Origin: Thermofilum adornatum
GTDB lineage: Archaea; Thermoproteota; Thermoprotei; Thermofilales; Thermofilaceae
Reading direction: 5' to 3'
Assembly (NCBI RefSeq): GCF_000446015.1
Contig: NC_022093.1
Location: 1,650,001 to 1,682,000 of the forward strand
DNA: 32,000 nt
Shown: in pieces, positions 8,996-16,039 of the stretch
Position numbering within the stretch: position 1 is the stretch's first letter
Layout of the letters: every line of letters starts with the position of its first letter
Notes under the pieces: model-generated
Databases searched by the model: none
The model's input: the letters and a program-made list of their open reading frames with translations, nothing else
Told to the model about the DNA's origin: nothing
Position numbers and translations under genes: made by a program

Positions 8996-9178
8996 ATGGG
9001 GATGAGGGACGTTGTTGAGAGGTATGTAGAGCTGAGGTTATCAAGCGGTGTTTCTAGGGAAGAGTATATCCGCTATATGAATATCAATGTGGACGAAATC
9101 GTAGAATACGATATCGACAGGGAGGCTGAGGCCCTATGGGGAAACAGGAGAAAGGCTCGTGAAAGACGCCAGTTCTAG
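8996..9178 (+). CDS. hypothetical small protein
   Basis: 60-aa ATG ORF in a decayed intergenic region with no recognisable motif. Confidence 0.25.
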   Translation: MGMRDVVERYVELRLSSGVSREEYIRYMNINVDEIVEYDIDREAEALWGNRRKARERRQF

Positions 9179-9336
9179 ACTAGCGTGCTTTTACAGAGAA
9201 CTTACATACAGCTAGATACTCCTAGACATTAGCATGGGATGGTCAGACGAGGATCTTTAAGGTTGGAGTTTTGCCTCTGCACGGTGACTACTTAGAGATG
9301 ATTTGGGAAAGCCGCAGACCATTTCATCTTGTTTTT

Positions 9337-9345
9337 TGCGCGCTA
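9337..9345. repeat. GC-palindrome motif half-copy (tGCGCGCTA)
   Basis: Direct reading. It lies in intergenic DNA upstream of vapBC-2. Confidence 0.45.
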
Positions 9346-9462
9346 CTGCCTAAAGGTTAAATGCTACCCAACAGGAACAAAAATTCGTTGTTATGATTAG
9401 GATAGACCTTTTATAGTTGGTATAAATAGGTAAACCTTATATCTAACTACATTTAAGTCTAC

Positions 9463-9699
9463 ATGAGTTTCATGAGCTATGTGACTGTATCTGCGAAAAT
9501 TCCCAGGCGCCTGAAGGAGATGCTAGAGCGGTATGGTATCAAGCCGGGACCCGTGATCAGGAAGGCTCTTGAGGAGGAGGTTAGGAAGCGTGTATTGGAG
9601 GAACTCGAGGAGAAGGCTAAGGAGCTAAGCGCCAGGCTAAGTCACATAAGTGACGAGGAGGTAGCATCTCTTATTCGTGAAGATAGGGAGGGGAGGTAA
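9463..9699 (+). CDS. vapB: VapB-type antitoxin
   Basis: VTVSAKIPRRLKEMLERYGI...VIRKALEEEVRKR is a typical archaeal VapB N-terminus. The PIN gene starts 3 nt after its stop. An alternative ATG lies at 9472. Confidence 0.75.
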   Translation: MSFMSYVTVSAKIPRRLKEMLERYGIKPGPVIRKALEEEVRKRVLEELEEKAKELSARLSHISDEEVASLIREDREGR

Positions 9700-9701
9700 A
9701 G

Positions 9702-10103
9702 ATGTACCTGTTTGATGCCAGTGCTATAGTCAACTTAGCTAAGCGGGGCTTACTCAAGCCGCTAGGAGAGGGTTTAAGCCTTGACCTTGCAGTGTACGAG
9801 GCGCTTAACGCGGTGTGGAAGGAGCATGTGTTGCAGAAAAGGATAGATGCAGATACTGCTAGAGGCCTCGTAGAAATCTTGATGGGTGCGTTAAACGTGG
9901 TTCCCTTAGAGAGTATTAAAGGAGTTGAGATGGAGGTGTATGAGTTGGCATCGAGGGAGAGGCTAACAGTGTATGATGCCTCTTATCTATACATTGCGCG
10001 CAGAGATAAGTTAACTTTAGTATCCGATGATGATAAGCTTCTTTCGAAGGCTTCACGCTACGTGGGAACAGCTAGAACAATGAATATTTTGAAGCGGTTC
10101 TAA
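9702..10103 (+). CDS. vapC: PIN-domain toxin VapC
   Basis: MYLFDASAIVNL..., LTVYDASYLYIA and LVSDDDKL fit the PIN pattern. It is a paralog of 13520..13933. Confidence 0.85.
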   Translation: MYLFDASAIVNLAKRGLLKPLGEGLSLDLAVYEALNAVWKEHVLQKRIDADTARGLVEILMGALNVVPLESIKGVEMEVYELASRERLTVYDASYLYIARRDKLTLVSDDDKLLSKASRYVGTARTMNILKRF

Positions 10104-10206
10104 TGTGTTTTTGCCAATCTTCAATGTGTTGAAGGTATCTAGCTTGGTCTAAAGGGGTTTAATTATAGGGGACTATTTGTTAGAAAAAAGGTTTGGTTTG
10201 GGTTTA

Positions 10207-10536
10207 TTAGAGTATAAGCATTAGGATGGGTAGTCCTAGGGCTAGGTAGGCGATGAAGTATATGATTCCGAATATTAGTCCTAGCTTCCAGTAGTCGGAG
10301 CCCTTGATGTATCCGCTTCCGTAGTAGACTGGGGCTGGTCCCGTCGCGTATGGGGATATTATGCCCGTTAGTCTAAGCGTGTATGCGAGGCTGTATGCTG
10401 CAAGCGCGGGGGGTATGCCGTGCTGGATTAGTGTCTTTAGGAATATTGGGTAGAGTGCTGTAGTGTGTGTGGTCAGGCTCGCGAAGAGATAGTGTAGCCA
10501 GTAGAAGTTCCCGAGACATTGTAGGGAGTGAAACAT
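10207..10536 (-). pseudogene. C-terminal remnant of a DASS/anion-permease family transporter
   Basis: HYLFASLTTHTTALYPIFL...ISPYATGPAPVYYGSGYIKGSDYWKLG matches only the last ~110 aa of ~450-aa anion permeases. An in-frame stop sits immediately upstream of the Met codon. Confidence 0.55.
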
Positions 10537-10645
10537 CTAAGCAAAGAGAAATACACATAACGAGCTAACACTAAAAGCTTTATGATAGCCTCCTCGCTTT
10601 TAGGTCGTGCTCTCGTTTATTGGCATTTCTTGTCTACATGAGATT

Positions 10646-10657
10646 CTGCGCGCGCTG
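10646..10657. repeat. GC-palindrome motif core (ctGCGCGCGCtg)
   Basis: Direct reading, between the permease remnant and the end of the secreted-protein gene. Confidence 0.45.
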
Positions 10658-10694
10658 TGAAAGAATGAATACTTTGCAAAAACTATATTTTAAC

Positions 10695-12050
10695 TTAGCC
10701 TCTACAGGCGACACATGAACCATTATCTTGGCGAGTGTGAAGTGTAGATGTGAGGCTCAAGGAGCTTGCTGGGGCACTCCCTGCAACGTCTAGGGATGGA
10801 TCCTGGCTTGCAGAAACACAGTCAAAGTACGCGACCACGTATACTTCGTCTATGTATAGCCAGCTCCTGTAATATTGGTCGCTATACGTGTGCAGTAAGA
10901 AACTGAGAGTTATCGTGGAGCCTGCAACCCCACTGAAAAACGTGCTATTCCTCTGCCAGCCAGTGTCCCTGAATGGGCCATAATTGTTTCCCGAGTTGGG
11001 GTTGTATCCGTTCTTCCAGTAGAAGGTTGTTGTGCCCTTGCTAAGAGAAAGAGTAATATAGTCGTAGTTTGCAGAGTCCCACGTCAAGAAGCGCCACCAG
11101 AAAGTCGCATTTACATATTTCACTTCGACGCCGTCAATGCTCGACGGCACACTAATGGAACGCCTGAGATAATCGTCCCTCGCTGGAACTGGTTCACAGG
11201 TCACCTGGTTCCCGAAGCCTATCCATGCCAGCCATGACCCCGCCACGGGTCTAGTTGTATCTGTAATCGTTCGGGGAGTTGGTGTTCTTGTGTAGCATGT
11301 CTCAGTGACTGTTACATCATAGTTTTTCTGTTCTACATATGCATAGGTTGTACTTGTCCAGCCCGCCAATGTTCCACTTTCGAACCCGTCGTAGAAGAGG
11401 ACTACTCTGGGCGGAGTGGGGAGGGTCTTGACTATCCATACTATTTTTTGGCGTGCCTTTGCCGTGGAGTAGTTGAAGTATAGCCACGTATATATACGGG
11501 CCACCTCGACGCCTAGCGGTGCTCCAGAGCCGACAGCCACCTGTAGGCTTAGGCTTGTTTGTCCGCTTATGGTGACGGGTGTCCCTGTCTGCTGGGTTAT
11601 TGTGCCCCTGGACACTACTACCTGTAGGTTGGCTCCGAGGGTTATAGAGGCATTTAGCTGGCCAGCATAGCTACCGGAAACACTCTCAGCGAAAAGCTTA
11701 GCAGAAACACCAGAACCACTAACGTTAAGCACAGGGCTAAAAGTTGCCCTGTGACACCTTGGAACTGACACCTCAACGTATGTAACATTTAAGCCGTCCT
11801 CGATACTCGAATATACTCTACCAGACTTAACGCCGTAGGCTGGGTTCCCAAGGTCCCTACCGGCAATTTTCTTTACGGGCGGCTGGGTCGCCTGGACGTG
11901 CCACTCATTTACATTCGTTATAGTGATTGCCGCTAAAGCGCCTACACATAAAAGCACAGCAAGCAGGAGCGCCTCAATCCTCCTCACGCCTAGCCACCCG
12001 GGAAGCTTGAAAAGCTCGCGGCCATGCTCCTTATCTCTGCCAGCGGGCAC
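10695..12050 (-). CDS. hypothetical secreted/cell-surface protein
   Basis: GTG start with an N-terminal hydrophobic anchor (RRIEALLLAVLLCVGALAAITI). The rest is Ser/Thr/Val-rich beta-type sequence containing an FYDGFESGTLAGW module. It overlaps the upstream protease gene by 20 nt. Confidence 0.6.
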   Translation of the reverse strand: MPAGRDKEHGRELFKLPGWLGVRRIEALLLAVLLCVGALAAITITNVNEWHVQATQPPVKKIAGRDLGNPAYGVKSGRVYSSIEDGLNVTYVEVSVPRCHRATFSPVLNVSGSGVSAKLFAESVSGSYAGQLNASITLGANLQVVVSRGTITQQTGTPVTISGQTSLSLQVAVGSGAPLGVEVARIYTWLYFNYSTAKARQKIVWIVKTLPTPPRVVLFYDGFESGTLAGWTSTTYAYVEQKNYDVTVTETCYTRTPTPRTITDTTRPVAGSWLAWIGFGNQVTCEPVPARDDYLRRSISVPSSIDGVEVKYVNATFWWRFLTWDSANYDYITLSLSKGTTTFYWKNGYNPNSGNNYGPFRDTGWQRNSTFFSGVAGSTITLSFLLHTYSDQYYRSWLYIDEVYVVAYFDCVSASQDPSLDVAGSAPASSLSLTSTLHTRQDNGSCVACRG

Positions 12051-12906
12051 GCGCTGGTTCTTGTCTTGTGGGGTAGAATGGGACTGGTGGTCGTGGGAGG
12101 TACTCTATTCCTGGTCTTTGCTGTATGGCTTGTGGGTATAGTTGCATGAGTGTATAGATTTCTGGCGGGATGTTTGTGTTTATGTTTAGTCCTAGCTGTT
12201 TTGCCTGGTCGGCTGTTATTGGGTAGTCGTGGGTGTATCTGCCTTCTGTGAGGGTTCTGGCTATTTCTCTTGCTTTTTCTTGGGGCATCTTGTCAGCGAG
12301 TAGGGAGACTATGAAGTCTTGTATCTCGTTTATTGCTTTTTCGGCTACGTCTGCTAGGATTAGGAATTCTTCTTTTGCCTGTTCGCCTTTGAGCTTTGCG
12401 ACTTTTACTAGGCTTGGTGCCGGGTAAGCGGTGTTGCCCACGGGTATCTGTGGGTCTAGGGGTCCCAGGACAGCGTTGGGGTCCATGATTATCTCGTCTG
12501 CCGCTAGGGCTATCAGGGTTCCCCCGCTCATAGCATAGTGTGGAATTATGACTATCTTCTTGGCTGGGTGCCGTTTGAGCGCCATTGCTATCTGTGACGC
12601 TGCTAGGACTAGTCCGCCCGGCGTGTGTAGTATGAGTGCTATCGGCTGGTTGGGCGGGGTTGTCCTGATAGCCCTTATGACTGCCTCTGAGTCTTCTATG
12701 TCTATGTATCTGTAGAGCGGGAAGCCTAGGAAGCCTATTTTTTCTTGTCTATGTATGAGAGTGATGACTCTCCAGCCGTACTTCTTCTCTATTGCCTGTA
12801 TAAGCTTCAGCCTTGCCCTGGTCAAAGCGTTCATCTGTAGCTGTGGATGGAAGACAATGTAAAGGAGGAGGATATAGAACAAAAGGCTCATTATATCTAT
12901 ATCCAT
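12031..12906 (-). CDS. SDH-family (ClpP-class) membrane serine protease
   Basis: N-terminal TM helix, followed by LILHTPGGLVLAASQIA...IIPHYAMSGGTLIALAADEIIMDPNAVLGPLDPQ. This is characteristic of the serine dehydrogenase proteinase/ClpP-fold family. Confidence 0.8.
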   Translation of the reverse strand: MDIDIMSLLFYILLLYIVFHPQLQMNALTRARLKLIQAIEKKYGWRVITLIHRQEKIGFLGFPLYRYIDIEDSEAVIRAIRTTPPNQPIALILHTPGGLVLAASQIAMALKRHPAKKIVIIPHYAMSGGTLIALAADEIIMDPNAVLGPLDPQIPVGNTAYPAPSLVKVAKLKGEQAKEEFLILADVAEKAINEIQDFIVSLLADKMPQEKAREIARTLTEGRYTHDYPITADQAKQLGLNINTNIPPEIYTLMQLYPQAIQQRPGIEYLPRPPVPFYPTRQEPARARWQR

Positions 12907-13262
12907 TTAACCACCTTACAACAGGAATAATCTACGCGTAAAGCTTTAAGCTTATTGGTTCAAGCACAACAGTGACTATAGGAGGCGCCACAATCTATAA
13001 TCCTTGAAAGGAAAACAAGCACAATTGTTCCACTTGCGAGTAGAATGAGTTCTAGGCGCGTTCTGAGAAAACTTTTCATTTTAGTCGTGGTACGTAAGCG
13101 CTAAATCCGCTTCCTCTGCTAGTTTTTTGGCATTCTCTCTTTGTCATTTTTTACCATGTTTCGCTGGGGCGAGCTAACGTAAAATTAAGTTGATAGACAT
13201 ATATGTTGACGAATGACGGGCAACAATGCTTCTCAAAGTAATACGCATTCCAGTAGACGGAA

Positions 13263-13272
13263 TTTTTATATA
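13263..13272 (+). promoter_or_regulatory. TATA box for vapB at 13296
   Basis: tttttatata is centred about 28 nt upstream of the GTG start at 13296. Confidence 0.45.
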
Positions 13273-13295
13273 CCCAATTCTTTGTATACATATTT

Positions 13296-13520
13296 GTGTC
13301 TACTGAAGTGCTATCTGTTAGGGTCAGGAGAGAGCTTAAGGAGGAAGCTTTGAGGCTGGGAATCGATGTTAGGAGTGTTATTGAGAGGGCTCTCGAGGAG
13401 GAGGTAAGAAAGGCGAAGAAGGAGAAGTTCAGGGAGTTGCTCGAGGAAGCCCTAAAGGGTTGCGACATAACGGTTGAAGAATGGGTTAGGGCAGTAAAGG
13501 AAACTAGGAGGGAACATTAA
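13296..13520 (+). CDS. vapB: VapB-type antitoxin
   Basis: LSVRVRRELKEEALRLGIDVRSVIERALEEEVRK is a paralog of 9463..9699. Its stop overlaps the PIN start (TAATG). Confidence 0.75.
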   Translation: MSTEVLSVRVRRELKEEALRLGIDVRSVIERALEEEVRKAKKEKFRELLEEALKGCDITVEEWVRAVKETRREH

Positions 13521-13933
13521 TGGTTGAGTACCTGCTTGACGCCTCTGCACTTTATCCACTCATGTTGAAGATGAAGGATAAGCTTTTCGACTACTTAAAT
13601 CTCTTTGTAGTGCTGGATCTGACAGTATATGAGATTGGCAACGTGATTTGGAAGGAGAGTCGGGTAGGCAGGGTTAGGGCTCCTAAGGCTTTAGCGATAG
13701 CATTCGCAGAGGTATTTAGGGAAGTTAAGGTTGTCAGATTGAGGGACGAGGAAACAGCGGACGTCTTAGAGCTGGCTTTGGCGGAGGAAATAACCTTCTA
13801 TGATGCGGCTTACCTGTACGCAGCTAGAAAGCTCCGCTTAAGGCTTGTGACCGAGGACTCGGATTTGAAAAAGTACCCAGAATCTGTAGGCTTAGAAGAG
13901 CTCGTTGCAGGGCTAGAGCGTTCGAGGCGTTAG
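13520..13933 (+). CDS. vapC: PIN-domain toxin VapC
   Basis: MVEYLLDASALYPL, ITFYDAAYLYAA and LVTEDSDL fit the PIN pattern. Confidence 0.85.
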   Translation: MVEYLLDASALYPLMLKMKDKLFDYLNLFVVLDLTVYEIGNVIWKESRVGRVRAPKALAIAFAEVFREVKVVRLRDEETADVLELALAEEITFYDAAYLYAARKLRLRLVTEDSDLKKYPESVGLEELVAGLERSRR

Positions 13934-14009
13934 TGGCTAAGGCGATTTAAAGGTGCGTGCCTGAGTATTGCGCCCCAGAAAAGCTATAAAAAGTTCACCT
14001 GGAATTGGT

Positions 14010-14092
14010 GTTAACGAAGGCTTTCTAAAAGAGGCCGGGTCAACTGTAATAATTAGAATGTGGGTGCTCCACCTAGTCGAAGGCTTTTTAGG
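14010..14092 (+). pseudogene. 3'-terminal remnant of a second CARF-wHTH gene
   Basis: The translation GFLKEAGSTVIIRMWVLHLVEGF aligns with the C-terminus GLVERSGTTVRIRKWVLHLVRGF* of 14929..15741. By-eye nucleotide identity is about two thirds. Nothing homologous lies upstream of it. Confidence 0.5.
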
Positions 14093-14166
14093 AACACATT
14101 CTGTATTGCATGTGCAACTCCTCGTCGCGATAGTTATAGCAGTGTTGTTTAGGTGCCACTTTTGGA

Positions 14167-14176
14167 TTAGCGCGAG
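14167..14176. repeat. Degenerate GC-palindrome motif copy (TTAGCGCGAG)
   Basis: It lies immediately 3' of the MNT pseudogene, in the same orientation as the copy at 14581. Confidence 0.4.
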
Positions 14177-14177
14177 A

Positions 14178-14544
14178 CTACAGGACCCTAACCAGCTTTG
14201 CTCCTTCCAGGAGTGAGAGCTCCTCCTTTGTAAGCAGGTGTATCTCGAAGGGGTACCACCATGGCTCGCCCTTCTCCTCCATCAATCTCCATAGCCTGCT
14301 CAGTAGCCTGGATTTTCTCCCGCGATGTTCTAGGAGGCTCTTCTAGGACTATTGCGATGTCCACATCGCTGTCAACCGTGAGCTTGCCCTCTACCGCCGA
14401 GCCGAATACGTAGACCTCTGCACCCTTCCCAAAGACGGTTTTAACAGCTTCTACGAGTATTTCCAGGTAGTCCCTCCACTTTAAGAGCTCGCGGAGCTTC
14501 CACGTCTGTATCTCGATGGCTAGATCCTCCCTAGGAAAAGACAT
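14178..14544 (-). pseudogene. Minimal nucleotidyltransferase (MNT, pol-beta superfamily), frameshifted
   Basis: It carries the GS...DxD motif YVFGSAVEGKLTVDSDVDIAIV. After about codon 75 the canonical C-terminus SRLLSRLWRLMEEKGEPWWYPFEIHLLTKEELSLLEGAKLVRVL* continues in the +1 frame and stops at 14178-14180. The switch maps to a T4 run at 14313-14316. Confidence 0.7.
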
Positions 14545-14580
14545 TGTCCTCAATCGCCTCTAATATCTTAAAAAGATTTT

Positions 14581-14596
14581 CTACTTAGCGCGCGCT
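14581..14596. repeat. GC-palindrome motif copy (CTACTTAGCGCGCGCT)
   Basis: Direct reading, just upstream of the MNT TATA box. Confidence 0.65.
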
Positions 14597-14690
14597 CCGG
14601 CTATGTTTCGTGGATTATCCTCTTGACAAGGCTTGACGAGGTTATTAAAAGCAGTGAATAGAAAACACAGTGAGTTGACAGTTTAAAATG

Positions 14691-14726
14691 TTCCAAAACT
14701 ATAACACTTGTGTGATTGTTTTGGAA
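14691..14726. promoter_or_regulatory. Imperfect 18-bp-arm palindrome in the MNT/CARF divergent intergenic region
   Basis: ttccaaaactataacact|tgtgtgattgttttggaa. The outer 9 bp are perfect (TTCCAAAAC/GTTTTGGAA) and 15 of 18 arm positions pair. Confidence 0.4.
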
Positions 14727-14830
14727 TAGTTTTTATGATGGAAAGCTTGCTTCCTCCAAGTAGCGATGAAAGAGGATGGATATTGTGGGAACATTTACAA
14801 CGCCTTGTACTTTATGTTATGGCATGCAGT

Positions 14831-14839
14831 GCGCGCTAA
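14831..14839. repeat. GC-palindrome motif half-copy, inverted (GCGCGCTAA)
   Basis: It forms an inverted pair with the copy at 14581-14596, about 240 bp away. Confidence 0.55.
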
Positions 14840-14892
14840 CCCCAAGGGTTAAAATAATCGCTATCATTTAAGAAATTTTTCTTACAGAAAAC

Positions 14893-14900
14893 AAAATAAA
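14893..14900 (+). promoter_or_regulatory. TATA-like box for the CARF gene
   Basis: aaaataaa is centred about 32 nt upstream of ATG 14929. Confidence 0.35.
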
Positions 14901-14928
14901 TCTCCTCTCCGTAGCTTTTTTGGCACTT

Positions 14929-15741
14929 ATGAGTCAAGAAAAAGTCGTTCACATTGTTACCGTGGGGACGAGCATTGTTAGGAATATAGCGCAAAATGTT
15001 TCTGGACAAAGCGTCTCTAGCGAGGTTTTAGAGAAATTCAAGAGGTGGGCTCAGGCTTCTCCCAGGAGCAGAGAGGACGCTGAAGCTGGTGAGAGGGCTT
15101 GTAGCGGCTGCGAGGAGTTCGAGGCTGGGCTGAGGATTCTTGCCAGCAAGCCGTATGAGGTGAGCGCTGAGCTTAACGCTATGAGGTCTTACCTGGAGGA
15201 GGGAATGGTCGACGCCGTTGTGCTTCTTTCGTCTGATACTGGTGTGTCTGAGTTCTCTGCGAAGATTCTTGAGGCTTATCTCTCCTCGGAGGGGAAACTT
15301 GTAGAAACAATTAGGGTGCCGGGCCTCGGCCTGGACTTTCAGGAGGGTCTGATTAACCTGGTGGACACAGTTGCAAGCGTTGTGGCAAGGTATAGAGGTC
15401 TGGGTTATAGGGCATGGATAAACCTTACGGGGGGCTTCAAGCTGGAGGCGGCTGTCCTGTATCTCGTCTCCTGTCTGTCTAGGCTGGGCGTCGAGAAGGC
15501 CTACTATATACATGAGGCCATGAGGAGCACTGTGGAGGTCCCAGCTATACCTGTAAAGCTTGAGGACTCCCTGCTGAGAACTGTCGAGCGGCTAGGCGAT
15601 CAAGAGGTCGAACTAGAGGAGGCACGTAAAAGGATAGGCGAAGAGATGCTAGATGTCCTCCTTAGGAGTGGGCTTGTCGAAAGGAGTGGCACAACTGTGA
15701 GGATAAGGAAGTGGGTATTGCACTTGGTGAGAGGCTTCTAG
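14929..15741 (+). CDS. CARF-domain protein (Cas_APE2256-like) with C-terminal winged-helix domain
   Basis: N-terminal HIVTVGTSIVRN, SAELN and NLTGGFK (15421-15441) are CARF/APE2256-family hallmarks. The C-terminal ~60 aa (MLDVLLRSGLVERSGTTVRIRKW) look like a wHTH. An in-frame TTG lies at 14920. Confidence 0.75.
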   Translation: MSQEKVVHIVTVGTSIVRNIAQNVSGQSVSSEVLEKFKRWAQASPRSREDAEAGERACSGCEEFEAGLRILASKPYEVSAELNAMRSYLEEGMVDAVVLLSSDTGVSEFSAKILEAYLSSEGKLVETIRVPGLGLDFQEGLINLVDTVASVVARYRGLGYRAWINLTGGFKLEAAVLYLVSCLSRLGVEKAYYIHEAMRSTVEVPAIPVKLEDSLLRTVERLGDQEVELEEARKRIGEEMLDVLLRSGLVERSGTTVRIRKWVLHLVRGF

Positions 15742-15756
15742 CAGAGAAATGTGGAT

Positions 15757-15769
15757 CACAGCGCGCGCT
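15757..15769. repeat. GC-palindrome motif copy (cacAGCGCGCGCT)
   Basis: It lies 16 nt after the CARF stop codon and directly upstream of the DUF167 TATA box. Confidence 0.6.
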
Positions 15770-15770
15770 C

Positions 15771-15781
15771 AAAATTTATTT
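15771..15781 (+). promoter_or_regulatory. TATA box for the DUF167 gene
   Basis: aaaatttattt is centred about 30 nt upstream of ATG 15806 and lies immediately downstream of the GC palindrome at 15757-15769. Confidence 0.4.
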
Positions 15782-15805
15782 CCAAAAGTTATTATCCATA
15801 TTGTG

Positions 15806-16039
15806 ATGATTTTGAGGTATCAAGTAGAGGTCGAGTTTCACAAGGATTATGTCAGGGTGGAGGGCGACAAGATATTTGTAGGTCTCAAGTCGAGGCCGGA
15901 GAGGGGAGAGGCAAACATGGAGCTTATTAAGAAGCTTGCAAAGTACTTTGGGGTTTCATCTTCTCAGGTAAAAATTGTTTCTGGCTGGAAGTCTAGGACA
16001 AAAATAGTAGAGATCGGGAGTGAAGAAGAAAAGGTTTAG
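15806..16039 (+). CDS. DUF167/YggU-family protein
   Basis: GLKSRPERGEANMELIKKLAKYFGVSSSQVKIVSGWKSRTKIVEI matches the DUF167 signature (ErGkAN...v.IvsG..sr.K). Confidence 0.75.
   Translation: MILRYQVEVEFHKDYVRVEGDKIFVGLKSRPERGEANMELIKKLAKYFGVSSSQVKIVSGWKSRTKIVEIGSEEEKV

Noticed and set aside
12960-13079. 39-aa ORF on the - strand (MKSFLRTRLELILLASGTIVLVFLSRIIDCGASYSHCCA) upstream of the protease gene
   Set aside because: It could be a small membrane protein, but it has no convincing promoter geometry and I cannot assess conservation.
13151-13468. 105-aa Ser/Leu-rich ORF on the - strand
   Set aside because: It runs antisense through the vapB-3 gene and its promoter and has a low-complexity translation.
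13968-14216. 82-aa ORF on the + strand
   Set aside because: It is not an intact gene. Its only meaningful part is the ~27-aa fossil of a CARF C-terminus, and the remainder reads through after loss of the stop.
14741-14800. atgatg / cgatgaa elements resembling C and C' boxes of a C/D-box sRNA
   Set aside because: No CUGA D or D' boxes occur at the required spacing, and there is no terminal stem.
15028-15513. 161-aa ORF on the - strand
   Set aside because: It is antisense to the CARF gene, whose motifs support the + strand frame.
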